Positions 1-7,956 of a DNA stretch of 11,768 nt are shown here, one piece after another. Position numbers and translations under genes: made by a program. The notes beneath the pieces were generated by a model that saw only the letters and a program-made list of their open reading frames with translations, made no database searches and was not told the DNA's origin. The stretch lies in contig JBFXGD010000108.1 of the NCBI GenBank assembly GCA_050178385.1, forward strand, positions 1-11,768, in the 5' to 3' direction. The first letter of the stretch is position 1. Each line of letters opens with the position of its first letter. The DNA comes from Calditrichaceae bacterium. Lineage in GTDB: Bacteria > Calditrichota > Calditrichia > Calditrichales > JBFXGD01.

Positions 1-1136
1 CCTGAGCTTTTTTTGACTAAATTTGACTCACCCGTTACAAAACTGTAATCGATATATCCCGAGCCTTTTATAATAACAGAGTCCGCAGGAATTAATTCCG
101 CGTTACGGACAATAATCCGGTTTCCAGCCTGCAGTTTTGACAAAGGTATTGTTCTCAGGTCGTTTTTCTCCTTTATCGTCACCGCGATTGGAAAATATGA
201 TTTATAATCGCGTTCGAATGACAACGCGTGATGTGTTTTGTTCTGGAATAATTTGCCGATCAGCAGCAACAATATCAGGCCGGTGAAAGAATCCATATAA
301 CCGGTGCCGTTTCCGCTTAGGATTTCATACAGACTCCTGCTGAATAAGGTTGCAATCCCCAGGGAAACAGGAACGTCAATATTTATCAGCCGTTGTTTGA
401 GTCCTGTCCAGGCGGATTTAAAGTAATTCATGCTGCTGTAGAGAAATACAGGTAAGGCAAGCAGAATGTTCAGATACCCAAAAAAGTTTCTGAAAGGAGC
501 GTCAATCGAGGCGTCGCCGGATAAGTATTCAGGAAAACTGAGCAGCATAATATTGGCAAATGAGAATCCAGCCACGCCGATTTTCAGATAAAGATCTCTG
601 TTCTCGGACTTATTCTGCTTATTTTTTAGATTTTCCTGGTTAAACTCTGGTTCATAACCGATGGACGCCAGATTTTCTACAATATTCCGTAATCCGGTCT
701 TATCACGGTTAAATGTGATATTTAGTTCTTTCTGAACAAAATCAACGCGGGATTCAATAATACCTTCGTTTAGTCTTTCAAGATTTTCAAGAAGCCATAT
801 ACATGAACTGCAGTGCATGGAAGGAATAAAAAAATTTACAGAAACCCTGGACCCGCCGGATTCCTGAATCAACTGTTTCCGGATGGAATTATCTTCCAGA
901 AAGGAATATTTTTCCGGAGCTCCGAATTCATCCGGAGAAACGCCCGGATTCTTATCAAACTGATAATAATCACAGAGATTATTTTCTTCAAGAAGTTCAT
1001 AGACCAGCCGGCACCCTTTGCAGCAGAATACTTTTTCCCCCATAAAAATGGAGTTATCCCTGCATTGTTCACCACAATGATAACATTCTAAGTTTTTTTT
1101 CAGTCTCGGCTGGTAGATTTTTACATCTACTGACAT
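1..1136 (-). CDS. ccoI: Heavy-metal (Cu) translocating P1B-type ATPase, CcoI/FixI-like; N-terminal 378 codons, runs off the left edge
   Basis: Manual translation from ATG 1136 is open to position 1: MSVDVKIYQPRLKKNLECYHCGEQCRDNSIFMGEKVFCCKGCRLVYELLEENNLCDYY (N-terminal CxHC...FCCxGC domain typical of CcoI/FixI), HMA motif IPSMHCSSCIWLLE, TM segments (GVAGFSFANIMLLSFPEY; INIDVPVSLGI; YMDSFTGLILLLLIGKLFQ), and actuator domain ELIPADS...DYSFVTGES. Not in the ORF track because there is no stop codon in the window. CPC and DKTGT motifs would lie beyond the edge. Confidence 0.9.
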   Translation of the reverse strand, partial: MSVDVKIYQPRLKKNLECYHCGEQCRDNSIFMGEKVFCCKGCRLVYELLEENNLCDYYQFDKNPGVSPDEFGAPEKYSFLEDNSIRKQLIQESGGSRVSVNFFIPSMHCSSCIWLLENLERLNEGIIESRVDFVQKELNITFNRDKTGLRNIVENLASIGYEPEFNQENLKNKQNKSENRDLYLKIGVAGFSFANIMLLSFPEYLSGDASIDAPFRNFFGYLNILLALPVFLYSSMNYFKSAWTGLKQRLINIDVPVSLGIATLFSRSLYEILSGNGTGYMDSFTGLILLLLIGKLFQNKTHHALSFERDYKSYFPIAVTIKEKNDLRTIPLSKLQAGNRIIVRNAELIPADSVIIKGSGYIDYSFVTGESNLVKKSS

Positions 1137-1154
1137 CGATTTTTATAACCGCTT

Positions 1155-1203
1155 TTTTTATATGTTTCGAAACTTTCACGCAAATCTTTTATGAACAGAT
1201 TTG
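1155..1203 (-). promoter_or_regulatory. Putative internal promoter/operator region upstream of the ATPase
   Basis: Minus strand: dyad CAAATCTgTT-cat-AAaAGATTTG (1203-1181) overlapping a -35-like TTGCGT (1183-1178); perfect palindrome GTTTCGAAAC (1164-1173); -10-like TATAAA (1162-1157, 15-bp spacer) or TAAAAA (1160-1155, 17-bp spacer). The sequence is seen directly; the function is inferred. Confidence 0.3.
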
Positions 1204-1205
1204 AT

Positions 1206-1571
1206 TTAGCGGTCAGTTTCGTAGATCTGAGCATTTTTCTGAATCGGACCGTCTTTAATTTTGTAAATCTCACCCCTGTTCATTGTATCAAACATGGTAA
1301 GAATGATAAAAACTGCCAGAAATACAAGTGAAAACGAGAATATAGCAAGGTAGAATTTATTATCATACAATAAGTGCATGAAGAAAAGGATGACCAGGGT
1401 ACCCTTCACCGCCGCGATCAACATGGCGATGACAAGATTGAACGCTCCGAAATGAAGAAAGGAAACCCCTACGGTGATTCCCGTAAGCACCAATAATGCC
1501 GCGGCCACTCCCAGGTATATCCTCAATGGGATGATATGAATTTTATGTTCAATTTTATTTGAGTTTGTCAT
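1206..1571 (-). CDS. coxD: Cytochrome c oxidase subunit IV (caa3-type, CtaF/CoxD family)
   Basis: 121 aa, three hydrophobic segments, YLGVAAALLVLTGITV and IAAVKGTLVILFFMHLLYD match the prokaryotic COX4 pattern (K..LV..FFMHL); 6 nt downstream of subunit III. Confidence 0.9.
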   Translation of the reverse strand: MTNSNKIEHKIHIIPLRIYLGVAAALLVLTGITVGVSFLHFGAFNLVIAMLIAAVKGTLVILFFMHLLYDNKFYLAIFSFSLVFLAVFIILTMFDTMNRGEIYKIKDGPIQKNAQIYETDR

Positions 1572-1577
1572 CTTTAT

Positions 1578-2225
1578 CTATCCTATCAAATACAATAAAG
1601 GGAACAAAAATATCCAGATAAGATCAACCAGATGCCAATACAAACCGGTCATCTCGATTGGTGTATAATATTCTGCTGAAAATTCATTTTTTACCGTTCT
1701 GTACAAAACCCAGCTGATGGCCATCATCCCCAATAGTATGTGAATACCGTGCAGACCGGTCATCGCAAAATAAATGCTGAAAAAAACATGCGGATTAGAT
1801 CCTTCCAGACCGGTAAAAGTGTAGTATTTTCCGGGAAGCTGTCCCAGATGTATTTTATGGCTGTATTCAAAATATTTAACAACAAGAAACGCGGCGGCCA
1901 GGATTAGTGTGATTATCAGAAAAACAACAGTATGTTTTTTGTTTGATAATTGCATACTTCGTATGGAAAGCGCCATAGTCAGTGAGCTTGTGATCAGCAC
2001 AACCGTATTCAATGTCCCGAGATAAACATTTAGCACTTTATGCGCATTATAAAACATATCCGGATTCCATGCCCGAAAAATTGAATAGGCTGTAAAAAGC
2101 CCGCCGAATAACAAAATTTCAGTCAAAAGAAAAATCCACATTCCCAGCTTTACTGTTTCTTCCTGCTGCCCCATATCACTAAAATGATGCGCCAAATGGG
2201 CAGGATGTTTTTCTGCATGCTCCAT
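1578..2225 (-). CDS. coxC: Cytochrome c oxidase subunit III (short form)
   Basis: Motifs LGMWIFLLTEILLFGGLF, NTVVLITSS, MTGLHGIH, GLYWHLVDLIWIFLFPLLY; AGGA at 2235-2232, 6 nt before the ATG. Confidence 0.96.
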   Translation of the reverse strand: MEHAEKHPAHLAHHFSDMGQQEETVKLGMWIFLLTEILLFGGLFTAYSIFRAWNPDMFYNAHKVLNVYLGTLNTVVLITSSLTMALSIRSMQLSNKKHTVVFLIITLILAAAFLVVKYFEYSHKIHLGQLPGKYYTFTGLEGSNPHVFFSIYFAMTGLHGIHILLGMMAISWVLYRTVKNEFSAEYYTPIEMTGLYWHLVDLIWIFLFPLLYLIG

Positions 2226-2275
2226 TTTCAGTCCTGTTTCTTATCCAAGATTGACTTCAAAATAATAAAACAAAG

Positions 2276-3937
2276 TTATTTAGCCACTTCCGGTTCTTCC
2301 TTGCGGCTTTTCATCTTATCTTTTTCGTATAAAACATCATCAATAACCATCAGGTGATCAAAATCATAAGGACCGTTAACCACAACCGGGACTTCGGAGA
2401 AATTTTCTTTTGGCGGCGGTGAATCGGTAGTCCATTCAAGCGTAAGCGCGCCAAACGGATTTTTCCCGGCCGGACGCCCCTTGATCATCGCGTAAACCAG
2501 GTAAATACCCATGATAATGAAGCCCACCCCGAGTACCCATGAGCCGACCGATGAAAACGCGTGAAGCGGCTGGTACTGGTCGAGATAGTTATAATAACGC
2601 CTTGGCATCCCCTTTGTCCCGAGAATGAATTGTGTAAAAAAAGTCATATTAAAACCGACAAAGATCAGAAAAGCGGCGATCTTTCCCCAGAACTCACTGT
2701 ACATCCGCCCCCAAAACTTAGGCCACCAGTAGTGAAGACCACCAAGAAAAGCCATCACAGTCCCGCCCATCATAACATAATGGAAATGAGCGACCACAAA
2801 GTAAGTGTCGTGCAAGTGAACATCGATGGACAATGCGCCGAGAAATATGCCCGTTAACCCTCCGATGGCAAACAGAAACAAGAAAGAGAGGGCGTAGAGC
2901 ATCGGAGTTTCAAAGGTAATCGATCCTTTATATAGCGTCGCGAACCAGTTGAACATTTTAATCCCCGAAGGTATCCCTACCAAAAAGGTCAGGAATGAAA
3001 AAATCATCGCCGCCAGTTCGGATTGTCCGCTTGTGAACATGTGATGTCCCCAAACCAGAAAGCTGACCAGCGCGATTCCCAGACTGGAGAAGGCAATCGC
3101 TTTATAACCAAAAATCTTTTTGTGGGAAAATGTCGAAATAAGCTCACTGATAATCCCCATGCCGGGAAGAATCATGATATATACAGCCGGATGCGAGTAG
3201 AACCAGAAAAAGTGCTGATAAAGAACCGGATCTCCGCCCATCGCCGGGTCAAAAATACCGATACCGAACGCTTTTTCCAGGATAAGCAGCAGAAGGGTAA
3301 TCCCGAGTACCGGAGTTGCCAGCACCTGAATAATCGCCGTGGCGTAAAGCCCCCAGACAAAAAGCGGCATTTTGAACCAGGTCATACCCGGCGCCCGCAG
3401 TTTATGGATCGTGGCGATAAAATTGATGCCGGTAAATATGGATGAAAATCCAAGAATAAAGATACCGAAGGTCATGGAAATCACCGAGCCGGTTGATTCG
3501 GTACTGTAAGGAGTGTAAAAGGTCCAGCCGGTATCCACACCGCCGCTGATAATAGCGAAAAGCGCAAAAATGGCGCCGAACACATACACATACCAGCTTG
3601 CCAGATTTAATTTCGGAAATGCCACATCCTTGGCCCCTATCATCAAAGGAAGTACAAAATTACCCAGCGCGGCGGGAATCGACGGTATGATAAACAAAAA
3701 AATCATAATCGCGCCGTGCAGTGTAAAATATTGGTTATAGGTATTCGCGGTCATAAAGTCCGGTCCGGGATGCAGCAGCTCCAGCCGGATTAATATCGCC
3801 AGTACCCCGCCCACAAAAAAGGAAATCATTATACCGTAGAGATACAAAACACCGATGCGTTTATGATCGAGTGTAAACAGCCAGGATTTGATTCCTTTGT
3901 CCTGATTCAGATAATTTGTTTCTGCAAAAACAGCCAT
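2276..3937 (-). CDS. coxA: Heme-copper oxygen reductase subunit I, type A2
   Basis: All six His ligands present: [33 protein letters not shown]. Also [19 protein letters not shown] and GMPRRY. D-channel [11 protein letters not shown] and K-channel PSGIKMFNW are present. YSHPAVY in place of GHPEVY defines A2. Confidence 0.98.
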   Translation of the reverse strand: MAVFAETNYLNQDKGIKSWLFTLDHKRIGVLYLYGIMISFFVGGVLAILIRLELLHPGPDFMTANTYNQYFTLHGAIMIFLFIIPSIPAALGNFVLPLMIGAKDVAFPKLNLASWYVYVFGAIFALFAIISGGVDTGWTFYTPYSTESTGSVISMTFGIFILGFSSIFTGINFIATIHKLRAPGMTWFKMPLFVWGLYATAIIQVLATPVLGITLLLLILEKAFGIGIFDPAMGGDPVLYQHFFWFYSHPAVYIMILPGMGIISELISTFSHKKIFGYKAIAFSSLGIALVSFLVWGHHMFTSGQSELAAMIFSFLTFLVGIPSGIKMFNWFATLYKGSITFETPMLYALSFLFLFAIGGLTGIFLGALSIDVHLHDTYFVVAHFHYVMMGGTVMAFLGGLHYWWPKFWGRMYSEFWGKIAAFLIFVGFNMTFFTQFILGTKGMPRRYYNYLDQYQPLHAFSSVGSWVLGVGFIIMGIYLVYAMIKGRPAGKNPFGALTLEWTTDSPPPKENFSEVPVVVNGPYDFDHLMVIDDVLYEKDKMKSRKEEPEVAK

Positions 3938-3951
3938 ACCCTGATACCCGT

Positions 3952-4893
3952 TTATTTTAATGTTTTTAAGTATGCGACCATCGCGTCAATTTCTTCATCT
4001 TTCAACAAGCCCTGATAAGTGGGCATCACCGGTTGAAATCCCATCACCACCTTAGCCTGTGGTTCCAGTATGGATTCGCGAATATAATTTTCATCAACGG
4101 TAATATTACTACCATCCTGTAACCTTTCCATACGCCCGAATAATCCTCTGAAAGTCGGACCCGTATTTTTCGAACCGTCATTACTGTGGCAGGTGATACA
4201 AGCCTTGCTTTTGAATAATTTCGCGCCGAACTCCTCAGGCGCCATTCCGGCTCCGAGATTGGCATTGGACGCTACCCACTCGTCATATTCGCGTCCGGAA
4301 ACAACTTTGACTTTTCCGATCATCTCCGAATGTCCTTTACCGCAGTATTCCGTGCAAAACAAATCATAAGTTCCCGGATTAGTCGATTCGAACCAGGCAA
4401 TGGTGTATCGGTTTGGCAACACATCCATTTTCATGCGGAAATCCGGTACAAAAAAGCTGTGAATTACGTCTTTGGATGACATGGTTAACTGTACCGGTTT
4501 GCCAACCGGCACAACCAGTTCATTTGTGGTCATTATTCCATTGTCATAGCCAAACGACCAGAACCATTTTTGACCGGTGACCTTAACATTCATGGCATCT
4601 TTCGGTACGACGTTCATCTTCAGATATGTATTAAATCCCCATAGAAACACAATAAAGACCAGAATTGTGGGGATAACGGTCCAGATGATTTCCAGCCTGG
4701 TATTATGCGAAATATCCGGTGTGAATTCCTTTTTCCCGCGCCGGCGATACTTTACCGCAAAATAGGCGCTTCCAAAAACGACAACGACAAAAAAGAAAAT
4801 GGAAGCATACAGGATAAAATAAAACAAGGCATCAACATCCGATGCTATTGTTGAGTTTGGCGGCGGCAGAAAAAATGTCCCGGTTGTATCCAT
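3952..4893 (-). CDS. coxB: Cytochrome c oxidase subunit II with C-terminal fused cytochrome c (caa3-type)
   Basis: Two TM helices (LEIIWTVIP), aromatic motif GQKWFWSF, CuA ligands DVIHSF...[12 protein letters not shown], then heme c motif CITCH (4200-4186) with YIRESILEP...VMPTY providing the likely distal Met. Confidence 0.97.
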   Translation of the reverse strand: MDTTGTFFLPPPNSTIASDVDALFYFILYASIFFFVVVVFGSAYFAVKYRRRGKKEFTPDISHNTRLEIIWTVIPTILVFIVFLWGFNTYLKMNVVPKDAMNVKVTGQKWFWSFGYDNGIMTTNELVVPVGKPVQLTMSSKDVIHSFFVPDFRMKMDVLPNRYTIAWFESTNPGTYDLFCTEYCGKGHSEMIGKVKVVSGREYDEWVASNANLGAGMAPEEFGAKLFKSKACITCHSNDGSKNTGPTFRGLFGRMERLQDGSNITVDENYIRESILEPQAKVVMGFQPVMPTYQGLLKDEEIDAMVAYLKTLK

Positions 4894-4933
4894 CGAAATA
4901 ATCTTCCTTCTTTAAATCTTTAGTCGGTTACGC

Positions 4934-5752
4934 TCATACAATTGATTTTCTTCTGTACTCGTTTAGCCAGTAAATACCTAAAACAAAAATCATGATGAGA
5001 AGCGTGATCGCTCCACCCAGACGCATGACGTTACCCGCAAAAATCACATACCCCTTTGACGAAGGGTCATAATGATAGCAGTACAATATCAAGCGGTCAA
5101 TTGTCGATCCAATCCGTCCTTCTGATGCCTCGAGCAGCGCTAATCGCAAATCTGAAGCTCTGTATTCAATACCATAGAGATATCTTGATATCTCTCCTTC
5201 AGGCGTAAGCACAAATACGACGGCAGGATGGGCGAACTCATCTCTTTCTTCCACATAATAGTATTCAAATCCCAGGGCATTCGCCAGAGAGTCAATCTGC
5301 GGCTGCTCACCCACAAAAAATGTCCAGCCATTTTGAGCCTCATCCTTCTGAATAAAGTCCAAATGCGTTTTTTTCTTTGCGGCCGCCAATTCCGCGGTCT
5401 CTTTTGGATCAATACTTACCGTCAGAAGCTCATACTGCTTTCCGGGAATCCAATCCATTTCACTAACCGTCTGACTGACACCATTCAGTACCAATGTGCA
5501 GAGCATGGGACAGTTGTAATAAGCGAGAATCATTACAACAGGTTTACCCTGATGAAAAAATTCATTCAGATCGCGCCGATTTCCGTGATCATCCGTGAAT
5601 TTCAAATTCAAAGGGATTGTTTCTCCCAAATATTCTGAAACATCGATATTTTGAAGTTCACTTACTTTTTGACGATTAACCTGCCCATTGGCGATGATCA
5701 CCAGGAACAGGATGATCATTAAAATCAGGCGTGTATCTATACCGGATAACAT
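4934..5752 (-). CDS. SCO1/SenC-family copper chaperone
   Basis: YYNCPMLC (CxxxC, 5512-5498), downstream His in FAHPAVV, ISRYLYGI, LYCYHYDP; N-terminal hydrophobic signal-like segment and a C-terminal TM helix; directly upstream of coxB. Confidence 0.92.
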   Translation of the reverse strand: MLSGIDTRLILMIILFLVIIANGQVNRQKVSELQNIDVSEYLGETIPLNLKFTDDHGNRRDLNEFFHQGKPVVMILAYYNCPMLCTLVLNGVSQTVSEMDWIPGKQYELLTVSIDPKETAELAAAKKKTHLDFIQKDEAQNGWTFFVGEQPQIDSLANALGFEYYYVEERDEFAHPAVVFVLTPEGEISRYLYGIEYRASDLRLALLEASEGRIGSTIDRLILYCYHYDPSSKGYVIFAGNVMRLGGAITLLIMIFVLGIYWLNEYRRKSIV

Positions 5753-5763
5753 TTTGATACTAT

Positions 5764-6114
5764 TTATCTCTTTGGTTTTACTTGTCTTAGGCGACTTTCG
5801 TAGGTTTCATCCGCAATCACCTGTATGGCCCTTTCAATCGGAATCTGATAAATACCCTTATCAGCATCGAGCACTTTATACGAATTTAATTCTTTCTCTT
5901 CAGCGGCTCTTATTTCGCGCAGTTCTATTGACTCCGGTTTTAAAACCTTCTCATAAACAAGGTTTTCCCTCGCAAAAACAAAATATTCATTCAAAAATAC
6001 CAGGATTGACGCGAGTATAACGATGATCGCTACCGCGTAACCGATAATTTTTGAAATATTAATATCCTGTTTTTCATATTTCTGACCGGGATTTTCTATC
6101 ATATTATTTGCCAT
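5764..6114 (-). CDS. Small single-TM membrane protein, ActG-like accessory subunit of ACIII
   Basis: 116 aa; YEKQDIN, one TM helix, then LNSYKVLDADKGIYQIPIERAIQ, resembling the L..YGWVD...G.V.IPI..AM pattern I recall for ActG-type proteins; lies directly after actF. Confidence 0.7.
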   Translation of the reverse strand: MANNMIENPGQKYEKQDINISKIIGYAVAIIVILASILVFLNEYFVFARENLVYEKVLKPESIELREIRAAEEKELNSYKVLDADKGIYQIPIERAIQVIADETYESRLRQVKPKR

Positions 6115-6122
6115 TTTTCTTC

Positions 6123-7307
6123 CTAATTATTCTCAAACCGCACAGAATAAGCCAGTCTTCGGTCTTCCACGGGTACCAGAGCCTTCGAGCTGAATTTTTT
6201 CCAGAAAACCCAGGAAAACAATCCTCCCAGTCCGATGAATCCGGTAATATCCATCCACGAAAAATGAAAGCCATCCGCGCTGTGCGTCGGGAAGGTCAGC
6301 CAATACAGATCGATCCAATGCATTATCAGTACCCAGACCGACATAAAAGTAAGCCATTTCAGATTTCGTTTTGAAGATCTCGTCATAAGACCAAGAAACG
6401 GGAAGAGAAAATGCCCCAGAACAATCGTCATGGTCATGTATTTCCAGGTGCCCTCCCAGCGGACCGTGTACCAGATGGTTTCTTCCGGTATGTTCGCGTA
6501 CCATATCAGGAAATATTGTGAAAATCCCATATAGGCCCAGAAAATAATAAACGAGAACAATAATTTCGCGAGATCATGATAGTGTTCAATTGTGATGACA
6601 TCATCAAGAATCCCGAAATTTCTTAGCGTGACACCGATGATGATTGTAAACGCGAGCAATGAGAGCAGGCTGCCCGAGAAGAAATACACGCCATAAATTG
6701 TGGAATACCAGTGCGGATCAAGAGACATGAGCCAGTCAAACGCCGCGAAACTCGATGTTAAAGCAAACAAAATCATCGCCGGCGCGCTGATACGCTTCAT
6801 TTTTTCTATTTTTTCTTCATCCGGCGCGTTGTCCTGAGCTATTGAAGTCTTATACAATACTCTTGCTATCAGATACCATACTGAAAAATAAACGGCTGAA
6901 CGGATCAGAAAAAAAGGAATATTGAGATATCCGGCCTTTTTTTGAAGTAACGCGTCCTGAGCGACGGCTTCCGGATGGCTCCAGTGGTATAAGTCATGAA
7001 AACCAAAAACAAGCGGAACAAAGAAAACAGCCATGACGGGAAGAACCATCATCAAAGTTTCCGTGATACGCCTCAGAACGATACTCCATTGCGCCCCGAC
7101 AAGATGATTCAGGAGCGTGAAAAACAATCCCCCAAGTCCTAAAGTTACCCAAAACATATAGGCGACCAGGTAGGAATGGAAAAACTGCCCCGAATCAATA
7201 AAATAACCTGTAAAAGTAATAAGAAGCGCCAGTGATCCGGCTATCAACGCGTATTTCCCAAATTTACCGCTGTCAGTAAGGCGATATGTGTTTTTGTCTA
7301 ATTTCAT
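6123..7307 (-). CDS. actF: Alternative complex III subunit F (NrfD/PsrC-like membrane protein)
   Basis: About 10 hydrophobic segments; motifs FDWLMSLDPHWYSTIYG, HYHDLAK, WAYMGFSQYFLIWYANIPEET; position after actE. Confidence 0.95.
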   Translation of the reverse strand: MKLDKNTYRLTDSGKFGKYALIAGSLALLITFTGYFIDSGQFFHSYLVAYMFWVTLGLGGLFFTLLNHLVGAQWSIVLRRITETLMMVLPVMAVFFVPLVFGFHDLYHWSHPEAVAQDALLQKKAGYLNIPFFLIRSAVYFSVWYLIARVLYKTSIAQDNAPDEEKIEKMKRISAPAMILFALTSSFAAFDWLMSLDPHWYSTIYGVYFFSGSLLSLLAFTIIIGVTLRNFGILDDVITIEHYHDLAKLLFSFIIFWAYMGFSQYFLIWYANIPEETIWYTVRWEGTWKYMTMTIVLGHFLFPFLGLMTRSSKRNLKWLTFMSVWVLIMHWIDLYWLTFPTHSADGFHFSWMDITGFIGLGGLFSWVFWKKFSSKALVPVEDRRLAYSVRFENN

Positions 7308-7317
7308 ACCCGATTCT

Positions 7318-7941
7318 CTACCTTATGTCTTTTAATATTTCTTCCGGCACATCCGAAGCGGATGCATTCCGGGTCCGCTGCAAAGCCCGGACATAATTAA
7401 CAATTGCCCAGCGGTCATCAACCGGAATCTGGTGCTTATAAGACGGCATATTTCGTATTCCATTGGTGATAACATCGTAAATATGTCCGTCGGGAAAATT
7501 TCGAATATTATCCTGATGAAATGACGGAGGCGGCAGGAAACCTCGTTTTACAACGATGCCTTTTCCGTCTCCTACCTTGCTATGACAAGGCGCGCAATAT
7601 ATATCATATCGTTCCTGCCCTCTTTTCAAGACCTGTACTGTCGGTTCAACCGGAGACTTCAGGATCAGATTCCCGGCGGCATCTTTTCCAAAATAATATT
7701 CAGTGTCATCAAAAAGCTCTCCCCTGGCGACAGTGCCGGGAACCGGCGCGCGCATCGCGGATCCGTTCTCAAAAAACCGGCTTTGCGTCTGCGGCAGATA
7801 TTTCGGCTGCTGATCCATATTTGGATTAATATGGATTGGCGGTTTATCCGAAGGCTTACCACGAAGACAACCGGTAAACTGAACTGACAATGCCAGCAGC
7901 AGAAACAGCGGAAAAATCTTTTTTAAAAATATATTATACAA
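7318..7941 (-). CDS. actE: Alternative complex III subunit E, monoheme cytochrome c lipoprotein
   Basis: TTG start with GAGG 7 nt upstream; signal peptide with lipobox-like FTG-C25; NMDQQPK, PVPGTVARG, GQERYDIYCAPCH, GIRNMPSY, DRWAIVNYVRALQ. Confidence 0.95.
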   Translation of the reverse strand: MYNIFLKKIFPLFLLLALSVQFTGCLRGKPSDKPPIHINPNMDQQPKYLPQTQSRFFENGSAMRAPVPGTVARGELFDDTEYYFGKDAAGNLILKSPVEPTVQVLKRGQERYDIYCAPCHSKVGDGKGIVVKRGFLPPPSFHQDNIRNFPDGHIYDVITNGIRNMPSYKHQIPVDDRWAIVNYVRALQRTRNASASDVPEEILKDIR

Positions 7942-7948
7942 GATTACG

Positions 7949-7952
7949 CCTC
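7949..7952 (-). promoter_or_regulatory. Shine-Dalgarno (GAGG) for actE
   Basis: Minus strand ATGT-GAGG-CGTAATC-TTG. Confidence 0.6.
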
Positions 7953-7956
7953 ACAT

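Noticed and set aside
850..950. Local density of CCGGA/TCCGG words as a repeat array
   Set aside because: Irregular spacing, inside a CDS, and the word is frequent across the whole window; explained by CCG/CGG/GGA codon use rather than a CRISPR or REP element.
813..1091. ORF-track ORFs 813-1091 (+) and 869-1075 (-)
   Set aside because: Antisense and out-of-frame shadows of the P1B-ATPase, whose frame carries recognisable motifs throughout.
1093..1100. A8 tract near the 5' end of the ATPase as a phase-variation site or frameshift
   Set aside because: The frame is intact (AAA AAA AAC); A/T runs of 6-8 are common across this window.
2251..2260. TTGACTTCAA in the coxA-coxC spacer as an FNR box or antisense -35
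   Set aside because: Spacing does not fit TTGAT-N4-ATCAA and there is no good -10 at 16-18 bp.
3935..3949. GGGTAT direct repeat before coxA (GGGTATCAGGGTATG); GGGT-ATG also precedes actF
   Set aside because: Too short to distinguish from chance or SD-like sequence.
7350..7364. Hairpin CATCCG-AAG-CGGATG near the end of actE
   Set aside because: Only 6 bp, inside coding sequence, no U-tract; consistent with chance.
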